Origin: Bugula neritina
Taxonomy: Eukaryota; Animalia; Bryozoa
Length of the DNA stretch: 64,000 bases
Direction: 5' to 3'
Assembly (NCBI GenBank): GCA_964035545.1
Contig: OZ037766.1
Coordinates: forward strand, 1-64,000
The notes under the pieces: generated by a model
The model's input: the letters and a program-made list of their open reading frames with translations, nothing else
Told to the model about the DNA's origin: nothing
Database searches by the model: none
Shown: positions 1 to 13,122 of the stretch, in pieces
Numbering within the stretch: the stretch's first letter is position 1
Layout: every line of letters starts with the position of its first letter
Program-made: the position numbers and the translations under genes

Positions 1-640
1 AAAATTTAAAATTTAAAATTTAAAATTTAAAATTTAAAATTAAAATTAAATTTAAAATTTAAAATTTAAAATTTAAAATTTAAATTAAAATTTAAAAATT
101 TAAATTTAAAATTTAAAATTTAAAATTTAAAATTTAAAATTTAAAATTTAAAATTTAAAATTTTTATTAAAATTTAAAATTTAAAATTTAAAATTTAAAA
201 TTTAAAATTAAAATTTAAAATTTAAAATTTAAAATTTAAATTTAAAATTTAAAATTATTAAATTTAAAATTTAAAATTTAAAATTAAAATTTAAAATTTA
301 AAATTTAAAATTTAAATTAAAATTATAAAATTAAAATTTAAAATTTAAAATTTAAAAAATTTAAATTTAAAATTTAAAATTTAAAATTTAAAATTAAAAA
401 TTAAAAATATAAAATAACAATAAACTTTAAATAAAATTAAAAATTAAAAATTTAAAATTTACAATTTAAATATTTAAAATATAAATTCCTTTAAAATTTA
501 AACATTATAAATTAAAATTACAATTTACACTATAAAATATAAAAATCACTAAAACCAATAAATTAAAAAATATAAAATTAAAAATATCAAATTAAAAAAT
601 AAAACATATAAAAATTAACAATTACCAAAAACCCAATAAC
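1..640. repeat. (AAAATTT)n 7-bp array at the sequence start, degrading into the telomere; probable base-calling/consensus artefact
   Basis: Same 7-bp period as the telomere unit; gradual mixed transition over ~400-700 into CCCCAAA; located at the extreme end. Confidence 0.7.
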
Positions 641-3600
641 CATAACCCCAAACTTACCAAACCCAATACCCCAAACCCATTACCCAAAATCCCAAACTAC
701 CCAAACCCCAATACCCAAACCCCAAACCCCAAACCCCTAACCCCAAACCCCAAACCCCAAACCCCAAACCCAAAAGACACCCTAAACCCCAAACCCCAAA
801 ACCCAAACCCCAAACCCCAAACCCCTAAACCCATAACCCCAAACCCCAAACCCCAAACCCCAAACCCCAAACCCCAAACCCCAAACCCCAAACCCCAAAC
901 CCAAACCCCAAACCCCAAACCACCATACCCCAAACCCATAACCCAAACCCAAACCAAACCCATAACCCAAACCCCAAACCCCAAACCCAAACTCCCAAAC
1001 CCCAAACCCCAAACCCCAAACCCCAAACCCCAAACCCAAACCCCAAACCCCAAACCCCAAACCCCAAACCCCTAACCCCAAACCCTAACCCCAAACCCCA
1101 AACCCAAACCCCAATCCCCAAACCCCAAACCCAATACCCCAAACCCCAACCCCAAACCCCAAAACCCAATACCCAAACCCCAAACCCCAAACCCCAAACC
1201 CAAACCCCAAACCCCAAACCCCAAAACCCCAAACCCCAAACCCAAACCAATCCCCAAACCCCAAACCCCAAACCCCAAACCCCAAACCCCAAACCCCAAA
1301 CCCCAAACCCCAAACCCCAAACCCCAAACCCAAACCCCAAACCCCAAACCCCAAACCCCAAACCCCAAACCCCAAACCCAAACCCCAAATCCCAAACCCC
1401 AAACCCCAAACCCCAAACCCCAAACCCCAAACCCCAAACCCCAAACCCCAAACCCCAAACCCAAACCCCAAACCCCAAACCCCAAACCCCAAACCCCAAA
1501 CCCCAAACCCCAAACCCTAACCCCAAACCCCAAACCCCAAACCCCAAACCCCAAACCCCAAACCCCAAACCCCAAATCCCAAACCCCAATCCCCAAACCC
1601 CAAACCCCAAACCCCAAACCCCAAACCCCAAACCCCATACCCCAAACCCAAAACCCCAAACCCAAACCCCAAACCCAAACCCCAAACCCCAAACCCAAAC
1701 CCAAACCCCAAACCCCAAACCCCAAACCCCAAACCCCAAACCCCAAACCCCAAACCCCAAACCCCAAACCCCAAACCCCATACCCCAAACCCCAAACCCA
1801 AACCCCAAACCCCAAACCCATAACCCCAAACCCCAAACCCCAAACCCCAAACCCCAAACCCCAAACCCCAAACCCCAAACCCCAAACCCCAAACCCCAAA
1901 CCCCAAACCCCAAACCCAAACCCCAAACACCAAAACCCCAAACCCCAAACCCCAAACCCCAAACCCCAAACCCCAAACCCCAAACCCCAAACCCCAAACC
2001 CAAACCCCAAACCCCAAACCCAAACCCAAACCCCAAACCCCAAACCCCAAACCCCAAACCCCAAACCCCAAACCCCAAACCCCAAACCCCAAACCCCAAA
2101 CCCCAAACCCCAAACCCCAAACCCCAAACCCCAAACCCCAAACCCCAAACCCCAAACCCCAAACCCCAAACCCCAAACCCCAAACCCAAACCCCAAACCC
2201 CAAACCCCAAACCCCAAACCCCAAACCCCAAACCCCAAACCAAACCCAAACCCCAAACCCCAAACCCCAAACCCCTAACCCCAAACCCCAAACCCCAAAC
2301 CCCAAACCCCAAACCCCAAACCCCAAACCCCAAACCCCAAACCCCAAACCCCAAACCCCAAACCCCAAACCCCAAACCCCAAACCCCAAACCCCTAACCC
2401 CAAACCCCAAACCCCAAAACCCCAAACCCCAAACCCCAAACCCCAAACCCCAAACCCCAAACCCCAAACCCCAAACCCCAAACCCCAAACCCCAAACCCC
2501 AAACCCCAAAACCCCAAACCCCAAACCCCAAACCCCAATCCCAAACCCCAAACCCAAACCCCAAACCCCAAACCCCAAACCCCAAACCCCAAACCCAAAC
2601 CCCAAACCCCAAACCCCAAACCCCAAACCCCAAACCCCAAACCCCAAACCCCAAACCCCAAACCCCAAACCCCAAACCCCAAACCCCAAACCCCAAACCC
2701 CAAACCCCAAACCCCAAACCCCAAACCCCAAACCCCAAACCCCTAACCCCAAACCCCATACCCAAACCCCAAACCCCAAACCCCAAACCCCAAACCCCAA
2801 ACCCCAAACCCCAAACCCCAAACCCCAAACCCCAAACCCCAAACCCAAACCCCAAACCCCAAACCCCAAACCCCAAACCCCAAACCCCAAACCCCAAACC
2901 CCAAACCCCAAACCCCAAACCCCAAACCCCAAACCCCAAACCCCAAACCCCAAACCCCAAACCCCAAACCCCAAACCCCAAACCCCAAACCCCAAACCCC
3001 AAACCCCAAACCCCAAACCCAAACCCCAAACCCCAAACCCCAAACCCCAAACCCCAAACCCCAAACCCCAAACCCCAAACCCCAAACCCCAAACCCCAAA
3101 CCCCAAACCCCAAACCCCAAACCCCAAACCCCAAACCCCAAACCCCAAACCCCAAACCCCAAACCCCAAACCCCAAACCCCAAACCCCAAACCCCAAACC
3201 CCAAACCCCAAAACCCAAACCCCAAACCCCAAACCCCAAACCCCAAACCCCAAACCCCAAACCCCAAACCCCAAACCCCAAACCCCAAACCCCAAACCCC
3301 AAACCCCAAACCCCAAACCCCAACCCAAACCCCAAACCCCAAACCCCAAACCCCAAACCCCAAACCCCAAACCCCAAACCCCAAACCCCAAACCCCAAAC
3401 CCCAAACCCCAAACCCCAAACCCCAAACCCCAAACCCCAAACCCCAAACCCCAAACCCCAAACCCCAAACCCCAAACCCCAAACCCCAAACCCAAAACCC
3501 AAACCCCAAACCCCAAACCCCAAACCCCAAACCCCAAACCCCAAACCCCAAACCCCAAACCCCAAACCCCAAACCCCAAACCCCAAACCCCAAACCCCAA

Positions 3601-6600
3601 ACCCCAAACCCCAAACCCCAAACCCCAAACCCCAAACCCCAAACCCCAAACCCCAAACCCCAAACCCCAAACCCCAAACCCCAAACCCCAAACCCCAAAC
3701 CCCAAACCCCAAACCCCAAACCCCAAACCCCAAACCCCAAACCCCAAACCCAAACCCCAAACCCCAAACCCCAAACCCCAAACCCCAAACCCCAAACCCC
3801 AAACCCCAAACCCCAAACCCCAAACCCCAAACCCCAAACCCCAAACCCCAAACCCCAAACCCCAAACCCCAAACCCCAAACCCCAAAACCCAAACCCCAA
3901 ACCCCAAACCCCAAACCCCAAACCCCAAACCCCAAACCCCAAACCCCAAACCCCAAACCCCAAACCCCAAACCCCAAACCCCAAACCCCAAACCCCAAAC
4001 CCCAAACCCCAAACCCCAAACCCCAAACCCCAAACCCCAAACCCCAAACCCCAAACCCCAAACCCCAAACCCCAAACCCCAAACCCCAAACCCCAAACCC
4101 CAAACCCCAAACCCCAAACCCCAAACCCCAAACCCCAAACCCCAAACCCCAAACCCCAAACCCCAAACCCCAAACCCCAAACCCCAAACCCCAAACCCCA
4201 AACCCCAAACCCCAAACCCCAAACCCCAAACCCCAAACCCCAAACCCCAAACCCCAAACCCCAAACCCCAAACCCCAAACCCCAAACCCCAAACCCCAAA
4301 CCCCAAACCCCAAACCCCAAACCCCAAACCCCAAACCCCAAACCCCAAACCCCAAACCCCAAACCCCAAACCCCAAACCCCAAACCCCAAACCCCAAACC
4401 CCAAACCCCAAACCCCAAACCCCAAACCCCAAACCCCAAACCCCAAACCCCAAACCCCAAACCCCAAACCCCAAACCCCAAACCCCAAACCCCAAACCCC
4501 AAACCCCAAACCCCAAACCCCAAACCCCAAACCCCAAACCCCAAACCCCAAACCCCAAACCCCAAACCCCAAACCCCAAACCCCAAACCCCAAACCCCAA
4601 ACCCCAAACCCCAAACCCCAAACCCCAAACCCCAAACCCCAAACCCCAAACCCCAAACCCCAAACCCCAAACCCCAAACCCCAAACCCCAAACCCCAAAC
4701 CCCAAACCCCAAACCCCAAACCCCAAACCCCAAACCCCAAACCCCAAACCCCAAACCCCAAACCCCAAACCCCAAACCCCAAACCCCAAACCCCAAACCC
4801 CAAACCCCAAACCCCAAACCCCAAACCCCAAACCCCAAACCCCAAACCCCAAACCCCAAACCCCAAACCCCAAACCCCAAACCCCAAACCCCAAACCCCA
4901 AACCCCAAACCCCAAACCCCAAACCCCAAACCCCAAACCCCAAACCCCAAACCCCAAACCCCAAACCCCAAACCCCAAACCCCAAACCCCAAACCCCAAA
5001 CCCCAAACCCCAAACCCCAAACCCCAAACCCCAAACCCCAAACCCCAAACCCCAAACCCCAAACCCCAAACCCCAAACCCCAAACCCCAAACCCCAAACC
5101 CCAAACCCCAAACCCCAAACCCCAAACCCCAAACCCCAAACCCCAAACCCCAAACCCCAAACCCCAAACCCCAAACCCCAAACCCCAAACCCCAAACCCC
5201 AAACCCCAAACCCCAAACCCCAAACCCCAAACCCCAAACCCCAAACCCCAAACCCCAAACCCCAAACCCCAAACCCCAAACCCCAAACCCCAAACCCCAA
5301 ACCCCAAACCCCAAACCCCAAACCCCAAACCCCAAACCCCAAACCCCAAACCCCAAACCCCAAACCCCAAACCCCAAACCCCAAACCCCAAACCCCAAAC
5401 CCCAAACCCCAAACCCCAAACCCCAAACCCCAAACCCCAAACCCCAAACCCCAAACCCCAAACCCCAAACCCCAAACCCCAAACCCCAAACCCCAAACCC
5501 CAAACCCCAAACCCCAAACCCCAAACCCCAAACCCCAAACCCCAAACCCCAAACCCCAAACCCCAAACCCCAAACCCCAAACCCCAAACCCCAAACCCCA
5601 AACCCCAAACCCCAAACCCCAAACCCCAAACCCCAAACCCCAAACCCCAAACCCCAAACCCCAAACCCCAAACCCCAAACCCCAAACCCCAAACCCCAAA
5701 CCCCAAACCCCAAACCCCAAACCCCAAACCCCAAACCCCAAACCCCAAACCCCAAACCCCAAACCCCAAACCCCAAACCCCAAACCCCAAACCCCAAACC
5801 CCAAACCCCAAACCCCAAACCCCAAACCCCAAACCCCAAACCCCAAACCCCAAACCCCAAACCCCAAACCCCAAACCCCAAACCCCAAACCCCAAACCCC
5901 AAACCCCAAACCCCAAACCCCAAACCCCAAACCCCAAACCCCAAACCCCAAACCCCAAACCCCAAACCCCAAACCCCAAACCCCAAACCCCAAACCCCAA
6001 ACCCCAAACCCCAAACCCCAAACCCCAAACCCCAAACCCCAAACCCCAAACCCCAAACCCCAAACCCCAAACCCCAAACCCCAAACCCCAAACCCCAAAC
6101 CCCAAACCCCAAACCCCAAACCCCAAACCCCAAACCCCAAACCCCAAACCCCAAACCCCAAACCCCAAACCCCAAACCCCAAACCCCAAACCCCAAACCC
6201 CAAACCCCAAACCCCAAACCCCAAACCCCAAACCCCAAACCCCAAACCCCAAACCCCAAACCCCAAACCCCAAACCCCAAACCCCAAACCCCAAACCCCA
6301 AACCCCAAACCCCAAACCCCAAACCCCAAACCCCAAACCCCAAACCCCAAACCCCAAACCCCAAACCCCAAACCCCAAACCCCAAACCCCAAACCCCAAA
6401 CCCCAAACCCCAAACCCCAAACCCCAAACCCCAAACCCCAAACCCCAAACCCCAAACCCCAAACCCCAAACCCCAAACCCCAAACCCCAAACCCCAAACC
6501 CCAAACCCCAAACCCCAAACCCCAAACCCCAAACCCCAAACCCCAAACCCCAAACCCCAAACCCCAAACCCCAAACCCCAAACCCCAAACCCCAAACCCC

Positions 6601-7456
6601 AAACCCCAAACCCCAAACCCCAAACCCCAAACCCCAAACCCCAAACCCCAAACCCCAAACCCCAAACCCCAAACCCCAAACCCCAAACCCCAAACCCCAA
6701 ACCCCAAACCCCAAACCCCAAACCCCAAACCCCAAACCCCAAACCCCAAACCCCAAACCCCAAACCCCAAACCCCAAACCCCAAACCCCAAACCCCAAAC
6801 CCCAAACCCCAAACCCCAAACCCCAAACCCCAAACCCCAAACCCCAAACCCCAAACCCCAAACCCCAAACCCCAAACCCCAAACCCCAAACCCCAAACCC
6901 CAAACCCCAAACCCCAAACCCCAAACCCCAAACCCCAAACCCCAAACCCCAAACCCCAAACCCCAAACCCCAAACCCCAAACCCCAAACCCCAAACCCCA
7001 AACCCCAAACCCCAAACCCCAAACCCCAAACCCCAAACCCCAAACCCCAAACCCCAAACCCCAAACCCCAAACCCCAAACCCCAAACCCCAAACCCCAAA
7101 CCCCAAACCCCAAACCCCAAACCCCAAACCCCAAACCCCAAACCCCAAACCCCAAACCCCAAACCCCAAACCCCAAACCCCAAACCCCAAACCCCAAACC
7201 CCAAACCCCAAACCCCAAACCCCAAACCCCAAACCCCAAACCCCAAACCCCAAACCCCAAACCCCAAACCCCAAACCCCAAACCCCAAACCCCAAACCCC
7301 AAACCCCAAACCCCAAACCCCAAACCCCAAACCCCAAACCCCAAACCCCAAACCCCAAACCCCAAACCCCAAACCCCAAACCCCAAACCCCAAACCCCAA
7401 ACCCCAAACCCCAAACCCCAAACCCCAAACCCCAAACCCCAAACCCCAAACCCCAA
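641..7456 (+). repeat. Telomeric array (CCCCAAA)n, G-strand TTTGGGG; distal part
   Basis: About 6.8 kb of CCCCAAA at the window start with the C-rich strand on +, the polarity expected at a left chromosome end. Near-perfect from ~3900 to 7456, noisier distally. Confidence 0.95.
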
Positions 7457-10036
7457 CACAGTTAGTTTAAGGTCATTACTTTCCAGATTCAAGCACTGCT
7501 TTATGTTATATATAAACGGTTTCCAGGGGATAGCTCGAACAGTTTTTGTCTCACATTAACAATTTTACCATGAAAAGATAGCTCTTGCATTCCTCTTTCA
7601 TATACTTTTTTAATTTTTCAATAAAAAATTTTCTGAGAAAGTTGTTGCATAATAAGTAAAATTTTACACCCTCCATGTTCCACTGCTGTAGCACAGGGGA
7701 TTCATTTTATAAAGTCTAAAAGTTAAACTTGACATTCCTTGATATGTTTTCTCTAATATACTTTCTTTGTTTTTTGAAATTCTGTTTATGCTCTTCACAA
7801 TTTGGTAAAAACATACACCATTTTGCAAGTTTCACTGCAATTTTCTAAATTCTTCATATGGTGGTTCTAGCTACGCTCCTGTGACTAATTATAACATTCC
7901 TAGTACGTTTGCCGCTCTGCGCTATCACAATAACATATAGTACCCTCTCGCACAAATTGGCAATCTATTGGATTTCTGCCAATATAATGTTCCCTGTTTT
8001 ACATTAGCGCTTAGCTGAATCATCTCACTATGTTACAATAATATATTGAAAATGCCTCAGCACAACATAATTCTTTGTTTGTTTGGCAGAGTTAATTTCA
8101 GCTAAATCACTTCACTTTGCAGTCTTGTCAGTAAAGGTCTGTCTATAGTGCAGCAGTTGTACTTCCAGTTTCTCTAATTCGCATATGATTATTTTAAGTA
8201 CATTGTATTCTATAAGATCAATTTAAGGTTTAGTCCAGTGTTCAGTATCTAATTATTATGCATGTATGTTGTCTTACTGTTGAACAAAAGTTAAAAAAAA
8301 ACTTTACAATTATAGCCATATTTATTATACATGCGTAAGATTTGCATAAGTTGATAAAAAAAATTGCAACAAAACAGGGTTGAACCATGACCAACCAACT
8401 CCTCGCTGACGCCTCTAACCTCTGGACCACGCAGTCATCGATATTAAAACGCGCACTATATAAGTAACTATCATTACATGAATATTTCGCGCGCAAATGG
8501 GTTATAATTATTAGGCTGTCAATTGATGTTGATAGCAGTCAACTGTTGCAATAGTCTCAGGTTACTAGCAAAGCTAATGGTTTTGAACAAATAACCCAAA
8601 AGTTTAAAAAATAAGTAGCTTGCGTATTGCTAGCTACAAAAACAGGTCTGAAATAGACTGGTAAAGCAAGCTCTTATTGTAGAGTTTGCAGATGTGCTCT
8701 AAAATAAAACTTAAACTGTATGCTATTACATAAGTATTTGTATGCGAGAGATAAATGGACATTACTGAGTTTCTGGAAAACAACATACTTGAAGTTAACT
8801 TTGACAATGGTGTGTTATTTTCATCATACACTAGCACAGATAGGGCCTATAGCATAAATCTCTAATCATATGAATCTTTATGAAGCCCACAGCTCATGTA
8901 AGGGTGGCAAATGTAATTTGAAACTAAAAATTGTGTTGCTGCATTGTGTCTAAGGTATATTAGAGAGCAGAATTTGGTTTTACTAGCCTACCCCAACGGC
9001 ATTCTACAATGCCGCTTATATGCTGGCAGTTGTAATAAGTACTGTCAATAGCAAGGTTACTATCACTGCTAGCTCTGTGCAGTATGTAACCTCTTTAATA
9101 ATTGCGCCAATTTTAAACTCTTGGAAGTTGGCCAAGTTATCATATCGCAGCCAGCCACCGGAGACAAAGCATCAGAGCTATTCATATAATATTATACTGA
9201 TGCACTTGGTAGCAGAGTGGCTAATCTAATATAGTTCATAGTTCAACACCCTTTACTTTGGGAATACAGCCTCTTTTTTTAGGTTTACCTTACAAAGCAT
9301 GAACATATCTAAACTGATATTCTGATAATTTAGAGGTACATTTTGAAAACTAGGTTAATTGCACTTGTTTGCACAACAACAATAATAAAATAGATATTAT
9401 GCAGTATAATAAAAACACACATAATACTATATAATATATTATAATGATAATAATATAATATTATAAGTACCATTACTGCATTTTAAAAAATCACATGGTT
9501 GCCAAAAAAATGTATCACAAATTTTGTAATTATACATCAAAAATAGAACTATAGCTAGGCAGCAGGTTAGAATAGAGTAAATTTTTAAAACATGAAATCA
9601 TGATTTGACTATTGTTTTATTTAGGCCAACCAACCTAGGAATACAAGATTGGGCTTTAGCTGACAGTTTATAACATTTAGCTTTTGAGCCAGCAGCACTG
9701 GTACTTGTGAAGTATAGGCAAAGTTAGTGAAGCGAGACTAACTAGCACTCAAATACAAGGCATATTGAGACACAATAACAAGTCAGGAGCGTATAAATTG
9801 AAAAGAATGTGGAAGGGGGACTATGTTTTTCAACAAGCTATAACTTAAACATGAATTGGTTTTTGAAAAAAATAAAAAAGTATATTGGAGAACATAAGTT
9901 TCTTTATCTTTTCATATTTTTTTTGTTCCTGTGACATTCAACCTGTTCGAGCTATCAGTGGAACATTGTTCATATAGAACATAAAGCACCTGGCAAAGAG
10001 CCAGAAAATGAAAAGTGTGACCTTAAACTAACTGTG
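7457..10036 (+). mobile_element. Non-autonomous TIR DNA transposon copy 1 (CMC/EnSpm-CACTA-like), inserted within the telomere array
   Basis: Perfect 19-bp TIRs CACAGTTAGTTTAAGGTCA (7457-7475 and 10018-10036), with imperfect similarity for ~100 bp. Flanks CCCC-AA|element|AA-A-CCCC give a 2-bp TSD AA. No transposase ORF. Confidence 0.9.
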
Positions 10037-10486
10037 AAACCCCAAACCCCAAACCCCAAACCCCAAACCCCAAACCCCAAACCCCAAACCCCAAACCCCA
10101 AACCCCAAACCCCAAACCCCAAACCCCAAACCCCAAACCCCAAACCCCAAACCCCAAACCCCAAACCCCAAACCCCAAACCCCAAACCCCAAACCCCAAA
10201 CCCCAAACCCCAAACCCCAAACCCCAAACCCCAAACCCCAAACCCCAAACCCCAAACCCCAAACCCCAAACCCCAAACCCCAAACCCCAAACCCCAAACC
10301 CCAAACCCCAAACCCCAAACCCCAAACCCCAAACCCCAAACCCCAAACCCCAAACCCCAAACCCCAAACCCCAAACCCCAAACCCCAAACCCCAAACCCC
10401 AAACCCCAAACCCCAAACCCCAAACCCCAAACCCCAAACCCCAAACCCCAAACCCCAAACCCCAAACCCCAAACCCCAAACCCCAA
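10037..10486 (+). repeat. Proximal segment of the telomeric array (~64 perfect CCCCAAA units)
   Basis: Same orientation as the distal array and in phase with it once the element and TSD are removed; abrupt junction to unique DNA at 10487. Confidence 0.93.
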
Positions 10487-10561
10487 GTCTGATTATTCTA
10501 AAACCTTTACAAACCACTAATTTTTATAATCATACAATTAGCAAGGCCACCAAACACACTC

Positions 10562-13122
10562 CACAGTTGGTTTAAGGTCACACTTTTCATTTTCTGGCTC
10601 TTTGCCAGGTGCTTTATGTTCCATATGAACAATGTTCCACTGATAGCTTGAACAGGTTGAATGTCACAGGAACAAAAAAAATATAAAAAGATAAAGAAAC
10701 TTATGTTCTCCAATATACTTTTTTATTTTTTTCAAAAGCCACTTCATGTTTAAGTTATAGCTTGTTGAAAAACATAGTCCCCCTTCCACATTCTTTTCAA
10801 TTTATACGCTCCTGACTTTTTATTGTGTCTCAATATGCCTTGTATTTGAGTGCTTGTTAGTCTCGCTTCACTAACTTTGCCTATACTTCACAAGTGCCAG
10901 TGCTGCTGGCTCAAAAGCTAAATGTTATAAACTGTCAGCTAAAACCCAATCTTGTATTCCTAGGTTGGTTGGCCTAAATAAAACAATAGTCAAATCATGA
11001 TTTCATGTTTTAAAAATTTACTAACCTGCTGCCTAGCTAGTTCTATTTTTGATGTATAATTACAAAATTTGTGATACATTTTTTTGGCAACCATGTAATT
11101 TATAAAATGCAGTAATGGTACTTATAGTATTATATTATTATCATTATAATATATTATATAGTATTATGTGTGTTTTTATTATCCTGCATAATATCTAATT
11201 TATTATTGTTGTTGTGCAAACAAGTGCAATTAACCTAGTTTTCAAAATGTACCTCTAAATTATCAGAATATCAGTTTAGATATTTTCATGCTTTGTAAGG
11301 TAAACCTAAAAAAAGAGGCTGTATTCCCAAAGTAAAGGGTGTTGAACTTTGAACTATATTAAATTAGCCACTCTGCTACCAAGTGCATCAGTATAATATT
11401 ATATGAATAGCTCTGATGCTTTGTCTCCGGTGGCTGGCTGCGATATGATAACTTGGCCAACTTCCAAGAGTTTAAAATTGGCGCAATTATTCAAGAGGTT
11501 ACATACTGAACAGAGCTAGCAGTAATAGTAACCTTGCTATTGGCAGTACTTATTACAACTGCCAGCATATAAGCTGCATTGTAGAATGCCGTTGGGGCAG
11601 GCTAGTAAAACCAAATTCTGCTCTCTAATATACCTTAGACAAAATGCAGCAACATAATTTTTAGTTTCAAATTACATTTGCCACCCTTACATGAGCTGTG
11701 GGCTTCATAAAGATTCATATGATTAGAGATTTATGCTATAGGCCCTATCTGTGCTAGTGTATGATGAAAATAACACACCATTGTCAAAGTTAACTTCAAG
11801 TATGTTGTTTTCCAGAAACTCAGTAATGTCCATTTATCTCTCGCATACAAATACAAATACAAATACTTTAAGTTTTATTTTAGAGCACATCTGCAAACTC
11901 TACAATAAGAGCTTGCTTTACCAGTCTATTTCAGACCTGTTTTTGTAGCTAGTAATACGCAAGCTACTTATTTATAAACTTTTGGGTTATTTGTTCAAAA
12001 CCATTAGCTTTGCTAGTAACCCGAGACTATTGCAACAGTTGACTGCTATCAACATGAATTGACAGCCTAATAATTATAACCCTTTTGCGGCGAAATATTT
12101 ATGTAATGATAGTTACTCATATAGTGCGCGTTTTAGTAACGATGACTGCGTGGTCTAGAGGTTAGAGGCGTCAGCGAGGAGTTAGTTGGTTATGGTTCAA
12201 CCCTGTTTTGTCGCAATTTTTTTTGTCAACTTATGCAAATCCTACGCATGTATAATAAATATGGCTATAATTGTAAAGTTTTTTTTAACTTTTGTTCAAC
12301 AGTAAGACAACATACATGCATAATAATTAGATACTGAACACTGGACTAAACCTTAAATTGATCTTATAGAATACAATGTACTTAAAATAATCATATGTGA
12401 ATTAGAGAAACTGAAAGTACACCTGCTGCTCTATAGACAGACCTTTACTGACAAGACTGCAAAGTGAAGTGATTTAGCTGAAATTAACTCTGCCAAACAA
12501 ACAAAGAATTATGTTGTGCTGAGGCATTTTCAATATATTATTCTAACATAGTGAGATGATTCAGCTAAGCGCTAATGTAAAACAGGGAACATTATATTGG
12601 CAGAAATCCAATAGACTGCCAATTTGTGCGAGAGGGTACTATATGTTATTGTGATAGCGCAGAGCGGCAAACGTACTAGGAATGTTATAATTAGTCACAG
12701 GAGCGTAGCTAGAACCACCATATGAAGAATTTAGAAAATTGCAGTGAAACTTGCAAAATGGTGTATGTTTTTACCAAATTGTGAAGAGCATAAACAGAAT
12801 TTCAAAAAACAAAGAAAGTATATTAGAGAAAACATATCAAGGAATGTCAAGTTTAACTTTTATACTTTATAAAATGAATCCGCTGTGCTACAGCAGTGGA
12901 ACATGGAGGGTGTAAAATTTTACTTATTATGCAACAACTTTCTCAAAAAAATTTTTATTGAAAAATTAAAAAAGTATATGAAAGAGGAATGCAAGAGCTA
13001 TCTTTTCATGTAAAATTTGTTAATGTGAGACAAAAACTGTTCGAGCTATCCCCTGGAAACCGTTTATATATAACATAAAGCAGTGCCTGAATGTGGAAAG
13101 TAATGACCTTAAACCAACTGTG
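10562..13122 (-). mobile_element. Non-autonomous TIR DNA transposon copy 2, inverted relative to copy 1
   Basis: Reverse complement of 7457-10036 with scattered substitutions and small indels. TIRs CACAGTTGGTTTAAGGTCA (10562-10580 and 13104-13122); TSD TC (10560-10561 and 13123-13124). Confidence 0.9.

Noticed and set aside
700-2800. Scattered CCCTAA (ancestral TTAGGG) and other variants in the distal telomere
   Set aside because: Variant density rises toward the end along with other errors, consistent with low-coverage consensus noise.
7457-7475. Transib/RAG RSS-like terminus (CACAGT)
   Set aside because: The heptamer is CACAGTT, there is no evident nonamer, and the TSD is 2 bp rather than 5 bp.
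697-7492. Very long GFGVWGL-repeat ORFs (up to 1991 aa)
   Set aside because: Translation of stop-free (TTTGGGG)n in all three frames; not genes.
9970-10517. GFGVWGL and KPQTPNP ORFs; independent interstitial telomere or fusion site
   Set aside because: Repeat translations. The tract has the same orientation and phase as the distal telomere and is separated from it only by a TSD-flanked insertion.
8634-11948. Duplicated 65-67 aa ORF (MLVYDENN...) in both transposon copies
   Set aside because: Non-ATG start, no recognisable domain; shared only because the copies are recent.
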